This document shows positions 9,472 to 19,899 of a DNA stretch of 64,000 bases, one piece after another. Where the stretch lies: NCBI GenBank assembly GCA_048938105.1, contig JBHLMN010000025.1:1-64000 (forward strand), in the 5' to 3' direction. Under the pieces are notes generated by a model. It ran no database searches. It was not told the origin of the DNA and worked only from the letters and a program-made list of their open reading frames with translations. The number at the start of each line of letters is the position of its first letter. Position 1 is the first letter of the stretch. A program made the translations under genes and the position numbers. The DNA comes from Promethearchaeota archaeon. Its GTDB lineage: Archaea; Asgardarchaeota; Heimdallarchaeia; Hodarchaeales; Hodarchaeaceae.

Positions 9472-10695
9472 TTGCCAGCAATTAAGCTAACAGATACAAT
9501 TTTTTGGATTGGAGTTAATGATCGAACAACTGATCTTTTTGAAGGCCTCTGGCCAATAAATGATGTTGGAGTTTCGTATAATAGCTATATCATTAAAGGA
9601 GAGAAGATTGCCCTCATAGATTTGGCTAAAGGAATTAAAGTGGATGATTACTTAAGTCAGGTTGAAGAAGTAGTAGAACCTTCTAATATAGACTACATTG
9701 TTATCAATCATGTCGAACCTGATCATACAGGATTAATCAAAATAATATCTAGATTAGCGCCCAGCGCCACATTTATTGGAACCGAAAAAGCTAAAAATAT
9801 GATTGCTGATTTCTATCAACTGGAAGACGCAAAAAATATCAAATGGAAGGTAGTTACTAATGGAGACGAAATTCCTCTAGGAAATCATCAACTGGTGTTT
9901 TATGAAGCACCATTTGTGCATTGGCCAGAAACAATGGTTACATATGATAAAAAATCTCAGATATTATTCTCTTGTGACGCATTTGGAAGTTATGGGGCAT
10001 TAAGCGGAAAAATATTTGACGATGACAAAGGTATTGACCAACACTTCTATGAAGAAGAAGCCTTACGTTATTACACTAATATAGTGGCGAAATTTTCTAG
10101 ATTTGTAATAAAGGTCATTAATTCATTAGAGGGATTAGAAATTTCAATGATCGCACCAAGTCATGGTCTAGTATGGAGAAAAAACCCAGAACGAATAGTT
10201 GAACTCTATAAACGTTGGGCCGAATATGCAGATGACCCTACTGGGGGTGAAACTGGGATCACTCTTGTTTATGCTTCTATGTATGGTAATACAAATAAAA
10301 TGATGAATGCTATTGCTCAAGGAATAGGAAAAACAGGAATCCCACTCAAGATATTTGATGCTGCACGAACACATGTTTCTTTTATTTTACCTTATCTGTG
10401 GAAAAATAAAGGTGTCATCATTGGAGCTCCGACATATGAAGTAAATATTTTTCCCCCGATTGCATATATTCTGGATATGGCATTACGAAAAAGAATTCAT
10501 AACAAGAAAACAGCTTTTTTTGGTTCTTATGGATGGAATGACGGGGCAAAGAGAGATTATGAAAAAATCGCTGAAAAACTAAAATGGGACATCTTGGAAG
10601 CCTACGACTTTATTGGTGGGCCTTCTGAATTAGATCTAAAAAAAGGAGAAGATTTTGGAGAAAGAATAGCGAAATTGATTATGAAATCTGACTAA
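9472..10695 (+). CDS. fprA: Flavodiiron protein (FprA, A-type flavoprotein)
   Basis: HVEPDH, VHWPE, SCDAFG, PSHG, and flavodoxin motifs SMYGNT and GSYGW. Confidence 0.93.
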   Translation: MPAIKLTDTIFWIGVNDRTTDLFEGLWPINDVGVSYNSYIIKGEKIALIDLAKGIKVDDYLSQVEEVVEPSNIDYIVINHVEPDHTGLIKIISRLAPSATFIGTEKAKNMIADFYQLEDAKNIKWKVVTNGDEIPLGNHQLVFYEAPFVHWPETMVTYDKKSQILFSCDAFGSYGALSGKIFDDDKGIDQHFYEEEALRYYTNIVAKFSRFVIKVINSLEGLEISMIAPSHGLVWRKNPERIVELYKRWAEYADDPTGGETGITLVYASMYGNTNKMMNAIAQGIGKTGIPLKIFDAARTHVSFILPYLWKNKGVIIGAPTYEVNIFPPIAYILDMALRKRIHNKKTAFFGSYGWNDGAKRDYEKIAEKLKWDILEAYDFIGGPSELDLKKGEDFGERIAKLIMKSD

Positions 10696-10732
10696 AAATC
10701 CTCTCTTTGAAAGAATTACAGAAAGTTTAAGA

Positions 10733-11233
10733 TCAATCTTGTAGCTCTCTAAGAATCTTGAAAATCTTATCTTCGTCTGGAGGACCTTCATTTAATTCAT
10801 GGGGAATATCAATATAACGAATAATTCCTTTTTTGTCAATAATGAAGATAGCTCGTTTTCCAAATCCCAAACTGGGGATAAAAGCGTCATATTTCTTACT
10901 CACTTCAGCATAAGGAACCCAATCAGCAAGGAGAGGAAAATCTAAACCTCCAAGACTATCTATCCATGCAATATGGACTGGAATTGACGCCACACCAATC
11001 GCAAGAACTTGGGTATTTAATTTCTCAAACTTATTGACCTTTTCACTATAAGAAGGGAGTTGATGAGAACAAACAGGTGTGAACGCTTGAGGAAAAAAAG
11101 CCAACATCACATTTTTTTTGCCACGATAATCTGAAATGTGAATTTTTTTCCCATCTTGAGCAGGAAGTGCGAAATCTGGGGCTTCATCTCCAATTTGTAA
11201 TTTTGATTTGCTTTGAATAACTTTTTCGGTCAT
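10733..11233 (-). CDS. Peroxiredoxin (AhpE/BCP-like)
   Basis: APDF.L, FFPQAFTPVC peroxidatic motif, RAIFIIDK.G.IR. Confidence 0.9.
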   Translation of the reverse strand: MTEKVIQSKSKLQIGDEAPDFALPAQDGKKIHISDYRGKKNVMLAFFPQAFTPVCSHQLPSYSEKVNKFEKLNTQVLAIGVASIPVHIAWIDSLGGLDFPLLADWVPYAEVSKKYDAFIPSLGFGKRAIFIIDKKGIIRYIDIPHELNEGPPDEDKIFKILRELQD

Positions 11234-11435
11234 TTTAAATCACTTTGAATTAATAAATTGTTGTTGTTAATCTACGCGAAGATATTGATCAGGAATTCTT
11301 AACTATTGTTATGTGAAAATATTATTTTCATTCAAAAAACAAAATTTGTGAAAAAATCACAATAATCAACTTTAATAGTAATCCAAAAAAAGTTTAATTG
11401 AAGTAATGATCTCTAAATATTAAAGAGGATCAGAT

Positions 11436-11909
11436 ATGCTTTCTAATTCCTATTTTAATCACCCACCTTTCGATAGCTTTCCCTTTAAAACATTTGCACA
11501 AGTTATTGATAAAATGGAATATCTAAATGAGGAATCTTCTCCATATGAAATTTCTCCAGGCACAGATCTTTGCATAAGTGACACATATTATTCATTGGGT
11601 TTCTTAACTTATTTACATGCTTTTGGGCGAGTAAATAACAAAGAAAGTAAATGGATTCTTAATCCTAGAGGAGAAAAGCCAACAGAGAAGCCATATAGGT
11701 TCAAGTTGATATCAGATGCTGCAGAGATTCTAGAAGCCCTTTTGAATGGACATAAAACTACTGGTGAAATAAAAAGAGTTATTCCTAATCTCACTGAAGA
11801 ACAGATTAACGAATACCTTAATGTTCTTTTATTGTTGGCTCAAAGAGGGAAAGTTGTACAACGCGCAACAGGATGGGATGCTACTTTCTTGTTAACAGAA
11901 TGGGAATAA
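11436..11909 (+). CDS. Hypothetical protein, possibly tandem winged-helix
   Basis: GAGGA RBS; the C-terminal half has a wHTH-like helix pattern. Confidence 0.6.
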   Translation: MLSNSYFNHPPFDSFPFKTFAQVIDKMEYLNEESSPYEISPGTDLCISDTYYSLGFLTYLHAFGRVNNKESKWILNPRGEKPTEKPYRFKLISDAAEILEALLNGHKTTGEIKRVIPNLTEEQINEYLNVLLLLAQRGKVVQRATGWDATFLLTEWE

Positions 11910-11972
11910 ATTAAGAAATTTTATAGAATAAATGATCCAAATATTTGAGATTAATAAAAAGGAGTTGAAATT

Positions 11973-12443
11973 ATGGCTGATGATGTATTTATATTGCAAA
12001 CTTCTGGAGTTCCACTTTTTGCTAGATGTTATGGTGGGGATTATTGTAAATTACACCCCGATCATGCCTTACAAACGGGTTTTTTGGCAGCAATGTATTC
12101 TTTCGCAGAGGAATCTTTTGGACAAGATGAATTGATCTCGGTAGTATTCAATGATATCAGGTTAGATTTCAAAATCGATAAAGAAAAGGAAATCATTATG
12201 GTTTTTGCAAATCCATTAAGTACAGAGAATGTTGAAGATCGTTTGAATCGAGCAATGAAGATCTTCCTAGACAAGTTTGGTTCGAAGATTGGCCCTGTTA
12301 TTAAAGAAGGTATGTTTCAGGAGTTTGAAAATGATTTACTTGATCTTGATATTGTACGAAGTCAAGCAATGGGTGATATTTCCCCTAAAATGAGAAGAGG
12401 AAAATCATTTTGGGTAAAGCTAAAAAACCTCTTTAAGAGATAA
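11973..12443 (+). CDS. Longin-like domain protein with C-terminal amphipathic basic helix
   Basis: VFIL..SGVPLF...L.TGFLAAM.SFA pattern typical of Asgard longin-fold proteins; tail SFWVKLKNLFKR; AGGAG RBS. Confidence 0.65.
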   Translation: MADDVFILQTSGVPLFARCYGGDYCKLHPDHALQTGFLAAMYSFAEESFGQDELISVVFNDIRLDFKIDKEKEIIMVFANPLSTENVEDRLNRAMKIFLDKFGSKIGPVIKEGMFQEFENDLLDLDIVRSQAMGDISPKMRRGKSFWVKLKNLFKR

Positions 12444-13102
12444 AAAATCCAAGCTTACATACAAGAAATAATATTATCATAGATATCTGAATATTATCAG
12501 AATGGTTACGTAAAGTCATCACTGCAATTACACTCACATGACTAGAAGCGATAATAACGACATATATTGATATCACTTTCAACAAAAAGGACACATAAAA
12601 GGCATGGGCTCTGAATTTTATTAGAGCTCAAAAGTCTTGACGGAGATTCAGTTCAGTTGCTATATCTGAACTTAATAGATAACCACAACACTTCTTTTTT
12701 TTGATATTGAATATTATAAATGATTATAGTTTGGCTGTAGAAACAATTTAACACATAAGTGATTCATAAATGGAGAGTTTTTTTTCTTATCTTTTTCAAT
12801 GATGTCAAAATAACATTAAGGAATTGGAATAAACGATTGCTTGAGTATCATTATTCGGATTCTCTCTACCAGAACCATTGCGAACAGTAATCATATCGCT
12901 TCATTTATTCTTTTTTGGATGACTGCAAAACAAACATTCAACATCTGGTCTCATTTTTACATTTATTTAAGTGAATCTTTGCATAAATCCTTTTCTAAAA
13001 AAGTTTATTATAATTTTATGTAAAAATATTTAAAAAAGTTAAAAAATACATATTTCTTGAATAAGAAAACACTCCACAAAATTTTCATTAGGCGAGTAAT
13101 AT

Positions 13103-13783
13103 ATGCTTCAAGTAGCTAGTGAACAGCTTTCATCTACTCGGTTAGAAATTCTTAGCTATTTACTTGTAAATTGTAATATTCAAGACGATTCACAGGGATG
13201 TTCAATAAAAGAGATAGCAAAGACATTTAACTTAAGTCCCAACGCGATTCGCCAGTATTTAATAGAATTAGAGAAAGATAAGCTAGTAGTTAGAAAGAAA
13301 AAGAAGGGAAAAACTGGCCGTCCAGCGATGACTTATTTCTTACATAAAAACGCTTTACCTATTTTTCCAAAAGCCTATGCGGATTTTTCTGTTCGATTAC
13401 TAGATCAAGTGCTGAAGAAATACGGGGAGGAAGAAACACGATGTCTTTTGATTGAGATGGGAAAAGATAAAGCCGAAGAAATGAAAATTAAACTCATTTC
13501 AAGATTAAAAGAAAAGAATACGAGTTTTAATTCGCTAAAAGAGAAGATAAATGCAATTATTGATGTATTTCAAGAATATGGAAGCTTTCCTAAAATAGAA
13601 GAGGATAGTAATTCATTTAAAATAACTAATCACAACTGTTTAATTTATGATATTGTTCATAATCATCCATTAGCATGTATTGTTGATGAAACTCTGGTAA
13701 GTGAACTAGTGGGGAAAAAAGCGGATAAGGTTCAATGTCTATCCAAGGGAGACAAACTTTGTGTTTATAAAATAAATAAATGA
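13103..13783 (+). CDS. SufR-like HTH transcriptional regulator, copy 1
   Basis: HTH A.RQYL..LEK, GRP, FPK.Y, and C-terminal NC...C...C-x5-C. Confidence 0.85.
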   Translation: MLQVASEQLSSTRLEILSYLLVNCNIQDDSQGCSIKEIAKTFNLSPNAIRQYLIELEKDKLVVRKKKKGKTGRPAMTYFLHKNALPIFPKAYADFSVRLLDQVLKKYGEEETRCLLIEMGKDKAEEMKIKLISRLKEKNTSFNSLKEKINAIIDVFQEYGSFPKIEEDSNSFKITNHNCLIYDIVHNHPLACIVDETLVSELVGKKADKVQCLSKGDKLCVYKINK

Positions 13784-13821
13784 ATCTGAGAAAGCTAATA
13801 TAATATCTAAGGGCTTTCAAG

Positions 13822-14499
13822 CTAAGATATTTGAGGTTGGAAACCTTGATTATCTTTCAGGATTAATGGTTTTAAATGATGTATAAGAAAATAGACTGTT
13901 GTCCCAAGAAAGAAGAATGCTGTGTAAGAAATTATTGCAGCAATCGAATAGAATAATATTGATAATTCTGTTGAAACGAAGGGGATATATCCCATCTGGA
14001 ACAAATAAACACTCGCTGCATATCCATCAGTGACCGCGTTAATCATAGGAGGATGTATCGGAAAAAGATTTGGAATATCACACAACAATATAAACTTTAG
14101 AAAATGATTTCCAGCCATTTTAAGGTCTGATGAAGGATTTTTTTGAAGAGTAATAATGCCTAAAATAGTCAGAATCAAGATTGATAATGGGCCAATGAGG
14201 AAGGAAATAACTGACCCCAAACAGATAGGAAGATTCTCAAACTTGACACTAGCAGCAGTGATTCCATTATCAAGTAGATGGAATTCAACCTGAGCTTCTT
14301 TCCCTGGGAAAAAGCATCCAAGTGCTAAAAGGTGATTTAATTCATGAATTACTGTAAATGGGAAGATTATCAAGTTGTAGATGAGTGCGAAGACTGAGAA
14401 AAGCTGTATTAAAAGAAGAAAAGTAAGGGCAAAGATAAAAGAAAACAGGAAGTTGGGCTGCTGTTTTGGAAGTATGTCCGTGTCATGTCCTAGATACAC
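13822..14499 (-). CDS. Membrane zinc metalloprotease, M50-like
   Basis: IHELNH (HExxH) within a TM segment, GP, and a distal TDG motif. Confidence 0.7.
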   Translation of the reverse strand: MYLGHDTDILPKQQPNFLFSFIFALTFLLLIQLFSVFALIYNLIIFPFTVIHELNHLLALGCFFPGKEAQVEFHLLDNGITAASVKFENLPICLGSVISFLIGPLSILILTILGIITLQKNPSSDLKMAGNHFLKFILLCDIPNLFPIHPPMINAVTDGYAASVYLFQMGYIPFVSTELSILFYSIAAIISYTAFFFLGTTVYFLIHHLKPLILKDNQGFQPQIS

Positions 14500-14796
14500 T
14501 TTTATCGTGTAGAAAGTAGTCCAAAAGTGTATAAAAAGGTATTTATTAATTTATCTTCGTTTTAAACATATTAAAATCTTTTAATATATTTTTGTTGTTT
14601 TAATTACAAAAATAATAAAATTTCCCTCCTAAATTAATTTTTCATTATACAGGAATTAAATCTTATCAATTGAAAAAGGAAGTAGGTTTTAACCATTTTC
14701 AAATCTTTATTAAGTAGAAGAATAACCAAAATTAGAAAAAAAAGGTAAAATATTTTTCTATCTATTGGTTCCAAAGTCACTGTCTAAGAATAAAAA

Positions 14797-15528
14797 TCAA
14801 GTAACTTTGATCTTCTCTTTACCAGTTACCATTCCTTTTAAACGGTGCCGATTTTGGGGGATTACTGCGAAATAGAAATGAAGCAACGTGGTAAAGAGGA
14901 AGTACAGATATATTCCAAAGTGAATGAACCGAATATCCAGTTCAAACATTTGAAAAGGGAAAACTAATAATCCTAATATGGCTAATATCCCTGTAGATCC
15001 AGGAACGAGTTCTTCTGCAAGAGCAATACCCGTTACTCCCATAAGAAAGATCATTATGATATTACTTACTGTCAGAAGTTTTTGAAGGGGATGGTATTGC
15101 ATTATATACTTCTTTTTCTCACGCACATAGAAATCATACTTCGGATACTTCTCATCTGGAAGAACTCCTATCGCACAAAGAAAGATTATAGCAATATCAA
15201 GAAAATCCCTAGGATAAGGAATGATCTCATTGAGCTTTTTACTCCCAATTATAATCGCACCAAAGAAGATTATATCCCAGAAACCAGCGAAAATCCCTAA
15301 GGCAAAATGAAGTGTTCGGGTAAAGAAATAATCTCCTATGAAATATATTTGAATGAATAATTCAAATCCAATGAGGAAGAACACAACCATCACGATAACA
15401 TGAACCCAATGGTGAAGTCTTTGGAGATTATTATACCTAACAACGGTAATAGTTACATCAATATCAGTTGTTGACTCAACACCTTTTTTGCTATCAACTG
15501 TATTAGCTTTTATCATTTTTAATACCAA
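14797..15528 (-). CDS. Di-heme cytochrome b (HyaC/FdnI-like, 4 TM)
   Basis: RY...R..HW.H, TLH, Y.PLQK, IHF...LHFY heme-ligand histidines. Confidence 0.85.
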   Translation of the reverse strand: MVLKMIKANTVDSKKGVESTTDIDVTITVVRYNNLQRLHHWVHVIVMVVFFLIGFELFIQIYFIGDYFFTRTLHFALGIFAGFWDIIFFGAIIIGSKKLNEIIPYPRDFLDIAIIFLCAIGVLPDEKYPKYDFYVREKKKYIMQYHPLQKLLTVSNIIMIFLMGVTGIALAEELVPGSTGILAILGLLVFPFQMFELDIRFIHFGIYLYFLFTTLLHFYFAVIPQNRHRLKGMVTGKEKIKVT

Positions 15529-15557
15529 TATATATAAGAAATAAAAGGCTAATATTC

Positions 15558-16433
15558 TTATTCTTTCTTGGAGAGGAATGTCTCTTTAAACCTTTCAACA
15601 AAGGTTGGAGGTTTCCATGAACTTGAAACAATCCTCCCATGATCGTGGTATATCGGACTGTAAAAAACTCTACGGATCAGATGAATACCCATGAAGCCAA
15701 AAACACCAATAGGGGTGATTCCCAGCAATAGAAATTTGACCTGATTAAGATCTACTGTTTCTGGAATATCAGGAATAATTAGTTCTCCCTCTGTTGAATC
15801 ACTACCAACATGAACATAAAGATAATATATATCGTGATTCCCAAAATGCTTTTTCTCGGATGCAAATCGAAGTAAATTTGTGCTACCATTTTCAAAGACA
15901 ATGTCAAGACCATCTGGATCTAAAGTATCAAAAGGTCTAATTACTTCAATGTAGACTAATCCTTCGGAAAAAACACTTTCTATTTGTAAGTCGTTTTTCT
16001 CATCATCTTCTGGAATACGAGTACCTATAAACATAATGTCTTTCGCTAGTACTGTTTCATTCTCCTTATCAATATAAAAAGACCAACCATCATTTAAATT
16101 TTTCATACATTGAGAGGGATCTGGCTCAAATTCAACTGAAATCCAAGTATTTTCTATTGAGCTGACTAAGAGTGCATACAAATGAGTTTCATTGTTAGCA
16201 AATTTTACATAACCTTGTTCTCCAAATTCAGTGACATTTTGATAAGTTGTGATATTTACCCAAAATGATGTGATTTCTCCATCATTTAGATTTATATCAC
16301 CACCTATTTTCGGTGAAATAAAACCTGTTTGGTCATCAGTAACCTCTCCTACAACAGTAAATACAGTAAAACTGATCAGGCTGAAAATAATAACAAAAAA
16401 GTTGAATTTTAAAGTTTTTTTCAGGATCTTCAT
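15558..16433 (-). CDS. Membrane-anchored extracytoplasmic DOMON-like protein (possible heme b binding)
   Basis: Signal peptide, W.SV.F, CM..DGW, E..RP..T.D..D..F, distal His residues, C-terminal TM; directly upstream of the cytochrome b gene. Confidence 0.6.
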   Translation of the reverse strand: MKILKKTLKFNFFVIIFSLISFTVFTVVGEVTDDQTGFISPKIGGDINLNDGEITSFWVNITTYQNVTEFGEQGYVKFANNETHLYALLVSSIENTWISVEFEPDPSQCMKNLNDGWSFYIDKENETVLAKDIMFIGTRIPEDDEKNDLQIESVFSEGLVYIEVIRPFDTLDPDGLDIVFENGSTNLLRFASEKKHFGNHDIYYLYVHVGSDSTEGELIIPDIPETVDLNQVKFLLLGITPIGVFGFMGIHLIRRVFYSPIYHDHGRIVSSSWKPPTFVERFKETFLSKKE

Positions 16434-16686
16434 CTTTTCAACCACATATAAGGAGTAAAACACATGTTACAGAGATAAAATCGCTTTTTCAAACGTGAAT
16501 GTTCAGTTTCTTTGTGATTTCATCTGGATTAAAATTTATTTAATTTAATTAATAAATATATCTTTTTACATTTTTTTTATTTTTTTCCAATAAAAATTAA
16601 AAAACTTTCACTTTCTAGAAGATTTGAAAAAATAAATAAAGAGGTATAAAAAAGCACTAAAAACAGATTGGAGTAATAAGATCGAC

Positions 16687-16810
16687 CTTTAGACGATTCG
16701 GATCATTCTACGCACAATCTTCTGATAATATTATAAATTCATTTATTCCTTCAAAAACCATGCTTGTATTCTCGACTCCGCCATTGATTATGAGCCTAAA
16801 TCGTCTAAAG
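16687..16810. mobile_element. MITE-like element with ~20-bp imperfect terminal inverted repeats
   Basis: CTTTAGACGATTcGGaTCAT (16687-16706) and ATGAgCCtaAATCGTCTAAAG (16790-16810), flanked by AC on both sides; no ORF. Confidence 0.5.
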
Positions 16811-16838
16811 ACCTCTCTTTCTGTTATTTAGAGTGTCT

Positions 16839-17840
16839 CTATAGGGAGACAGAAGGTACTGAAGCTTTTTCGATTGGTTTCCCATCAAAATAGGTACAAC
16901 GGATAGCATATCTCTGTGCACATTCAAGGCAGCGCTCGGGGGTGCAGAGTGTCGTTGAAAGATATCTTTCACCACCATCAGGTGCTATTACGACCATCAC
17001 TCCCTTTTCGAGCTCTTTTGCCTTCTTCATGGCTATATGTAGAATCGCGCCAGAACTGGGACCGATAAATAACCCTTCTTTTAAGGTGACTAACCTTGCC
17101 ATTTCTTCAGCTTCATCATACCTGACGAGATGGATTTCGTCAATATACTCTGGTTGCCAAATTTTTGGGGTGTAGCTTGCTTCTGGAAAATTCTTAAGCC
17201 CAGGTATTGGTGTGTCAGGAGATGGCATTACGGTAATAACCTTTAATTTAGGATTAAGGTGAGTCTTAATTCTTTTTGAAACCCCAAGAGCAGTACCTGT
17301 AGTGCCAAGGCCGCAGATGAAGTGGGTGATAGTACCATTTGTATCCCTCCAAATCTCTTCCGCGGTAGTTTCATAGTGGGCTAACACGTTGGCCTTATTC
17401 GAAAACTGGTCAGGTAGGAAGAATCTGTCAGGATATTCTGTCACCAAGTTCCTCGCATAATCTTCTGCAGCATTCATCCCTTTTTCAGCCTCGGTCACTA
17501 TTATCTTCGCACCGAGGGCGATGAGTATCTGCTTACGTTCGAGGCTCATATTTTCAGGCATTACAGCAATAAAGTCGTAACCTTTAAGTCTGCATACGAG
17601 AGCTAACCCGATGCCTGTGTTCCCGCTTGTCGGTTCAATAACAATCATTCCCTTTTTTAGAGTTCCCTCCTCTTCTGCCTGTTCGATCATGTACTTCGCG
17701 ATTCGATCTTTTACAGATCCCCCAGGATTAAATTTTTCGAGTTTAATGTAAATTTCCACTCGTTCATTTGAGTTCATATTTTGCAGCCGTACCATGGGGG
17801 TATTGCCAATTAAATCTTGTAAACTATCATAGATCACCAC
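16839..17840 (-). CDS. cysM: PLP-dependent cysteine synthase (CysM-like) with Cys-rich C-terminal extension
   Basis: NPGGSVKDR, EPTSGNTG, GTTGT, IPG, GPSSG, DGGERYLST. Confidence 0.85.
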   Translation of the reverse strand: MVIYDSLQDLIGNTPMVRLQNMNSNERVEIYIKLEKFNPGGSVKDRIAKYMIEQAEEEGTLKKGMIVIEPTSGNTGIGLALVCRLKGYDFIAVMPENMSLERKQILIALGAKIIVTEAEKGMNAAEDYARNLVTEYPDRFFLPDQFSNKANVLAHYETTAEEIWRDTNGTITHFICGLGTTGTALGVSKRIKTHLNPKLKVITVMPSPDTPIPGLKNFPEASYTPKIWQPEYIDEIHLVRYDEAEEMARLVTLKEGLFIGPSSGAILHIAMKKAKELEKGVMVVIAPDGGERYLSTTLCTPERCLECAQRYAIRCTYFDGKPIEKASVPSVSL

Positions 17841-17994
17841 TAAATTTTCATCTCCATATACGTGTTTGTCTTATATAAAATAATTTGATAACTGGTGCAG
17901 AATGCCATCGTTTGTGATACATAATGCTCATCTTTTCATCAATGGATTTATCATTGAAAAGAGAGAACCCACCTGCTTTGTTAAAAGAATACAA

Positions 17995-18417
17995 TTATTC
18001 ATTAATGTCTCTCCTTTTGATCACCCCTTCGTCTTTTTGATGGAATATTTCCTCGGTTTTATTTCCAGAATATATGTTTGTCTTATCGAACATGTCTTTG
18101 AAATGCTTACATTGGAGCGATCTACAAATTGAACAGATTTTATTCATCATTTTTTCATTAGTTTCCTGTCCTTCGTTTTTAACTAGCATATTTGATATAA
18201 TTTTGATCTCATCTTCTAATTTGTTGTCATATTCTTTTAAGTCAAGTATTGAACCTCGAGTCTTTGTACTATACTGACTAATTGCACTTTGGGCGACATT
18301 CAATCTTTTTGCAATATCTACTTGTTTTAATTTATATGTAGTCTGGAGCTCACTTACGATCATCGCCCTGATTGCAGGAAGTATATACGATACAACTCGT
18401 TCGCATGGAGGTCTCAT
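17995..18417 (-). CDS. Archaeal XRE-type HTH regulator (M.PPCE family)
   Basis: MRPPCE, Q..IA..L.V.QSAISQY...RG, C..C. Confidence 0.85.
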   Translation of the reverse strand: MRPPCERVVSYILPAIRAMIVSELQTTYKLKQVDIAKRLNVAQSAISQYSTKTRGSILDLKEYDNKLEDEIKIISNMLVKNEGQETNEKMMNKICSICRSLQCKHFKDMFDKTNIYSGNKTEEIFHQKDEGVIKRRDINE

Positions 18418-18476
18418 AATTACCCCTTATTGCCAAGTTTATGAATTAATTTCTTATTAATATTCTTCTTACAATT

Positions 18477-18493
18477 ATATCACACCGTGATAT
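18477..18493. promoter_or_regulatory. Palindromic operator candidate ATATCAC-N3-GTGATAT
   Basis: Perfect 7-bp inverted repeat 60 bp upstream of the HTH gene start. Confidence 0.55.
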
Positions 18494-19045
18494 TTTGATT
18501 TTTTATATATAAAAACTTTACTACAATAATTATCTTGAAGTATTAAGATATACTCTTTTTACTTCAGACATAATGTCTTATATTTTTTAATTCAAGGAGT
18601 AAGTAGTACCTAATATCTATGGGAGAAATGAGAGTGAACTAGCATAATAGAGGTAACTTTATTGGATAAACATATATCAGATGAATGGGATCTTGTTTTT
18701 CTTTATCTAATTTCACCCAGTCTCTTTGGTACGCAATAACTCTTTTATTGAGAGAATTCGGCTTCATTTTTGCGTCTCTTGACTATAGTGCTTTTAGAAC
18801 AGGGAGACTAAACAAAGTACATTAATTTGAGGAAGATTTATAGTGATATATTTAATAAAGATGAAATTTTCCCAAAAAAAAAGAAATCTAATCCAGAACT
18901 CATTGAAAATTAATGAATGATGAAAAAAATGTAGGATCAAGAGCTCATGAAGGAGTGCTTAAGAAGAACTTGAAATACGTATTTTTGAATTACTTCAGAA
19001 ACCTTGATCAATTATTTTTCTTGTTATAACCTTAACTACTCTATA

Positions 19046-19735
19046 TCAATCTTTAATTTTCTTTATCCTATAGAGGCAACATTCATCTCCCTGCCTCAAA
19101 CATTTTTCTTTTATTGCTTTCTGACCAATAAGTTCGCTGACAATGGTCTCATCAACAGCACAAACCAATGGATCTGCTTTCGCTATTTCATAGATTAGAC
19201 AATTTGAATTCTTTAGAGCGAAAGATTCTTCTTCTTCAATCAATTCGGGGTATTTTCCATACTTCATATAGATCTTAGCTACTGCTTCCAGTCGATTTCT
19301 TAGAGGATCTAAATCTTTATCAGTATTCATTTCAGCCTCCATTTCACCACGTACCTCATCAGCGATCCGTTTTCCAACATCTATTAGAAGTTTATTTGTC
19401 TCTGCTATACCAATGCGTTCTTTGATTTCATTGATCAATTTTATGGTAAAATCTGCATAAGTTTTTGGGAAAACACTCAAAGCATCTTCAGTAATGGTGT
19501 AACCCATTGCAGGCCGACCGCTACTTCCCTTTTTTTGAGATTTGGTAACAAATCCTTCCTTTTCTAAGACTATCAAATATTGTCTGGTTGCGTTTATGCT
19601 AATATCTAATTCACTTGCTATTTGTTTTATTGAACTTGTTTTTTCTAATGAGCGATTCAGCAACAAATATTGAAGAATTTTGTCCCTAGTGGATAAGTAT
19701 TGACCACTATCTTCTTGAATTGCCAAAATTAACAC
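19046..19735 (-). CDS. SufR-like HTH transcriptional regulator, copy 2
   Basis: Clear paralogue of 13103-13783 (RQYL..LEK, GRPAM.Y, FPK.YADF, NCLIY, C.VDET, C-x5-C); divergent from cytochrome cassette 1. Confidence 0.85.
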   Translation of the reverse strand: MLILAIQEDSGQYLSTRDKILQYLLLNRSLEKTSSIKQIASELDISINATRQYLIVLEKEGFVTKSQKKGSSGRPAMGYTITEDALSVFPKTYADFTIKLINEIKERIGIAETNKLLIDVGKRIADEVRGEMEAEMNTDKDLDPLRNRLEAVAKIYMKYGKYPELIEEEESFALKNSNCLIYEIAKADPLVCAVDETIVSELIGQKAIKEKCLRQGDECCLYRIKKIKD

Positions 19736-19899
19736 TTTCTATTTTTTATCGGACATTCTTATTTGTTCTTAAGGATTAGAAATTTCTTAAATTATTTAAA
19801 TTATTTAATAAAATAATTGTATTTTTTCTTTATAAGTATTCACCTAAAATTCATTGTTGAAATTTCAGTAAGATCAAATATAGTAGTGAGAACGATCAT

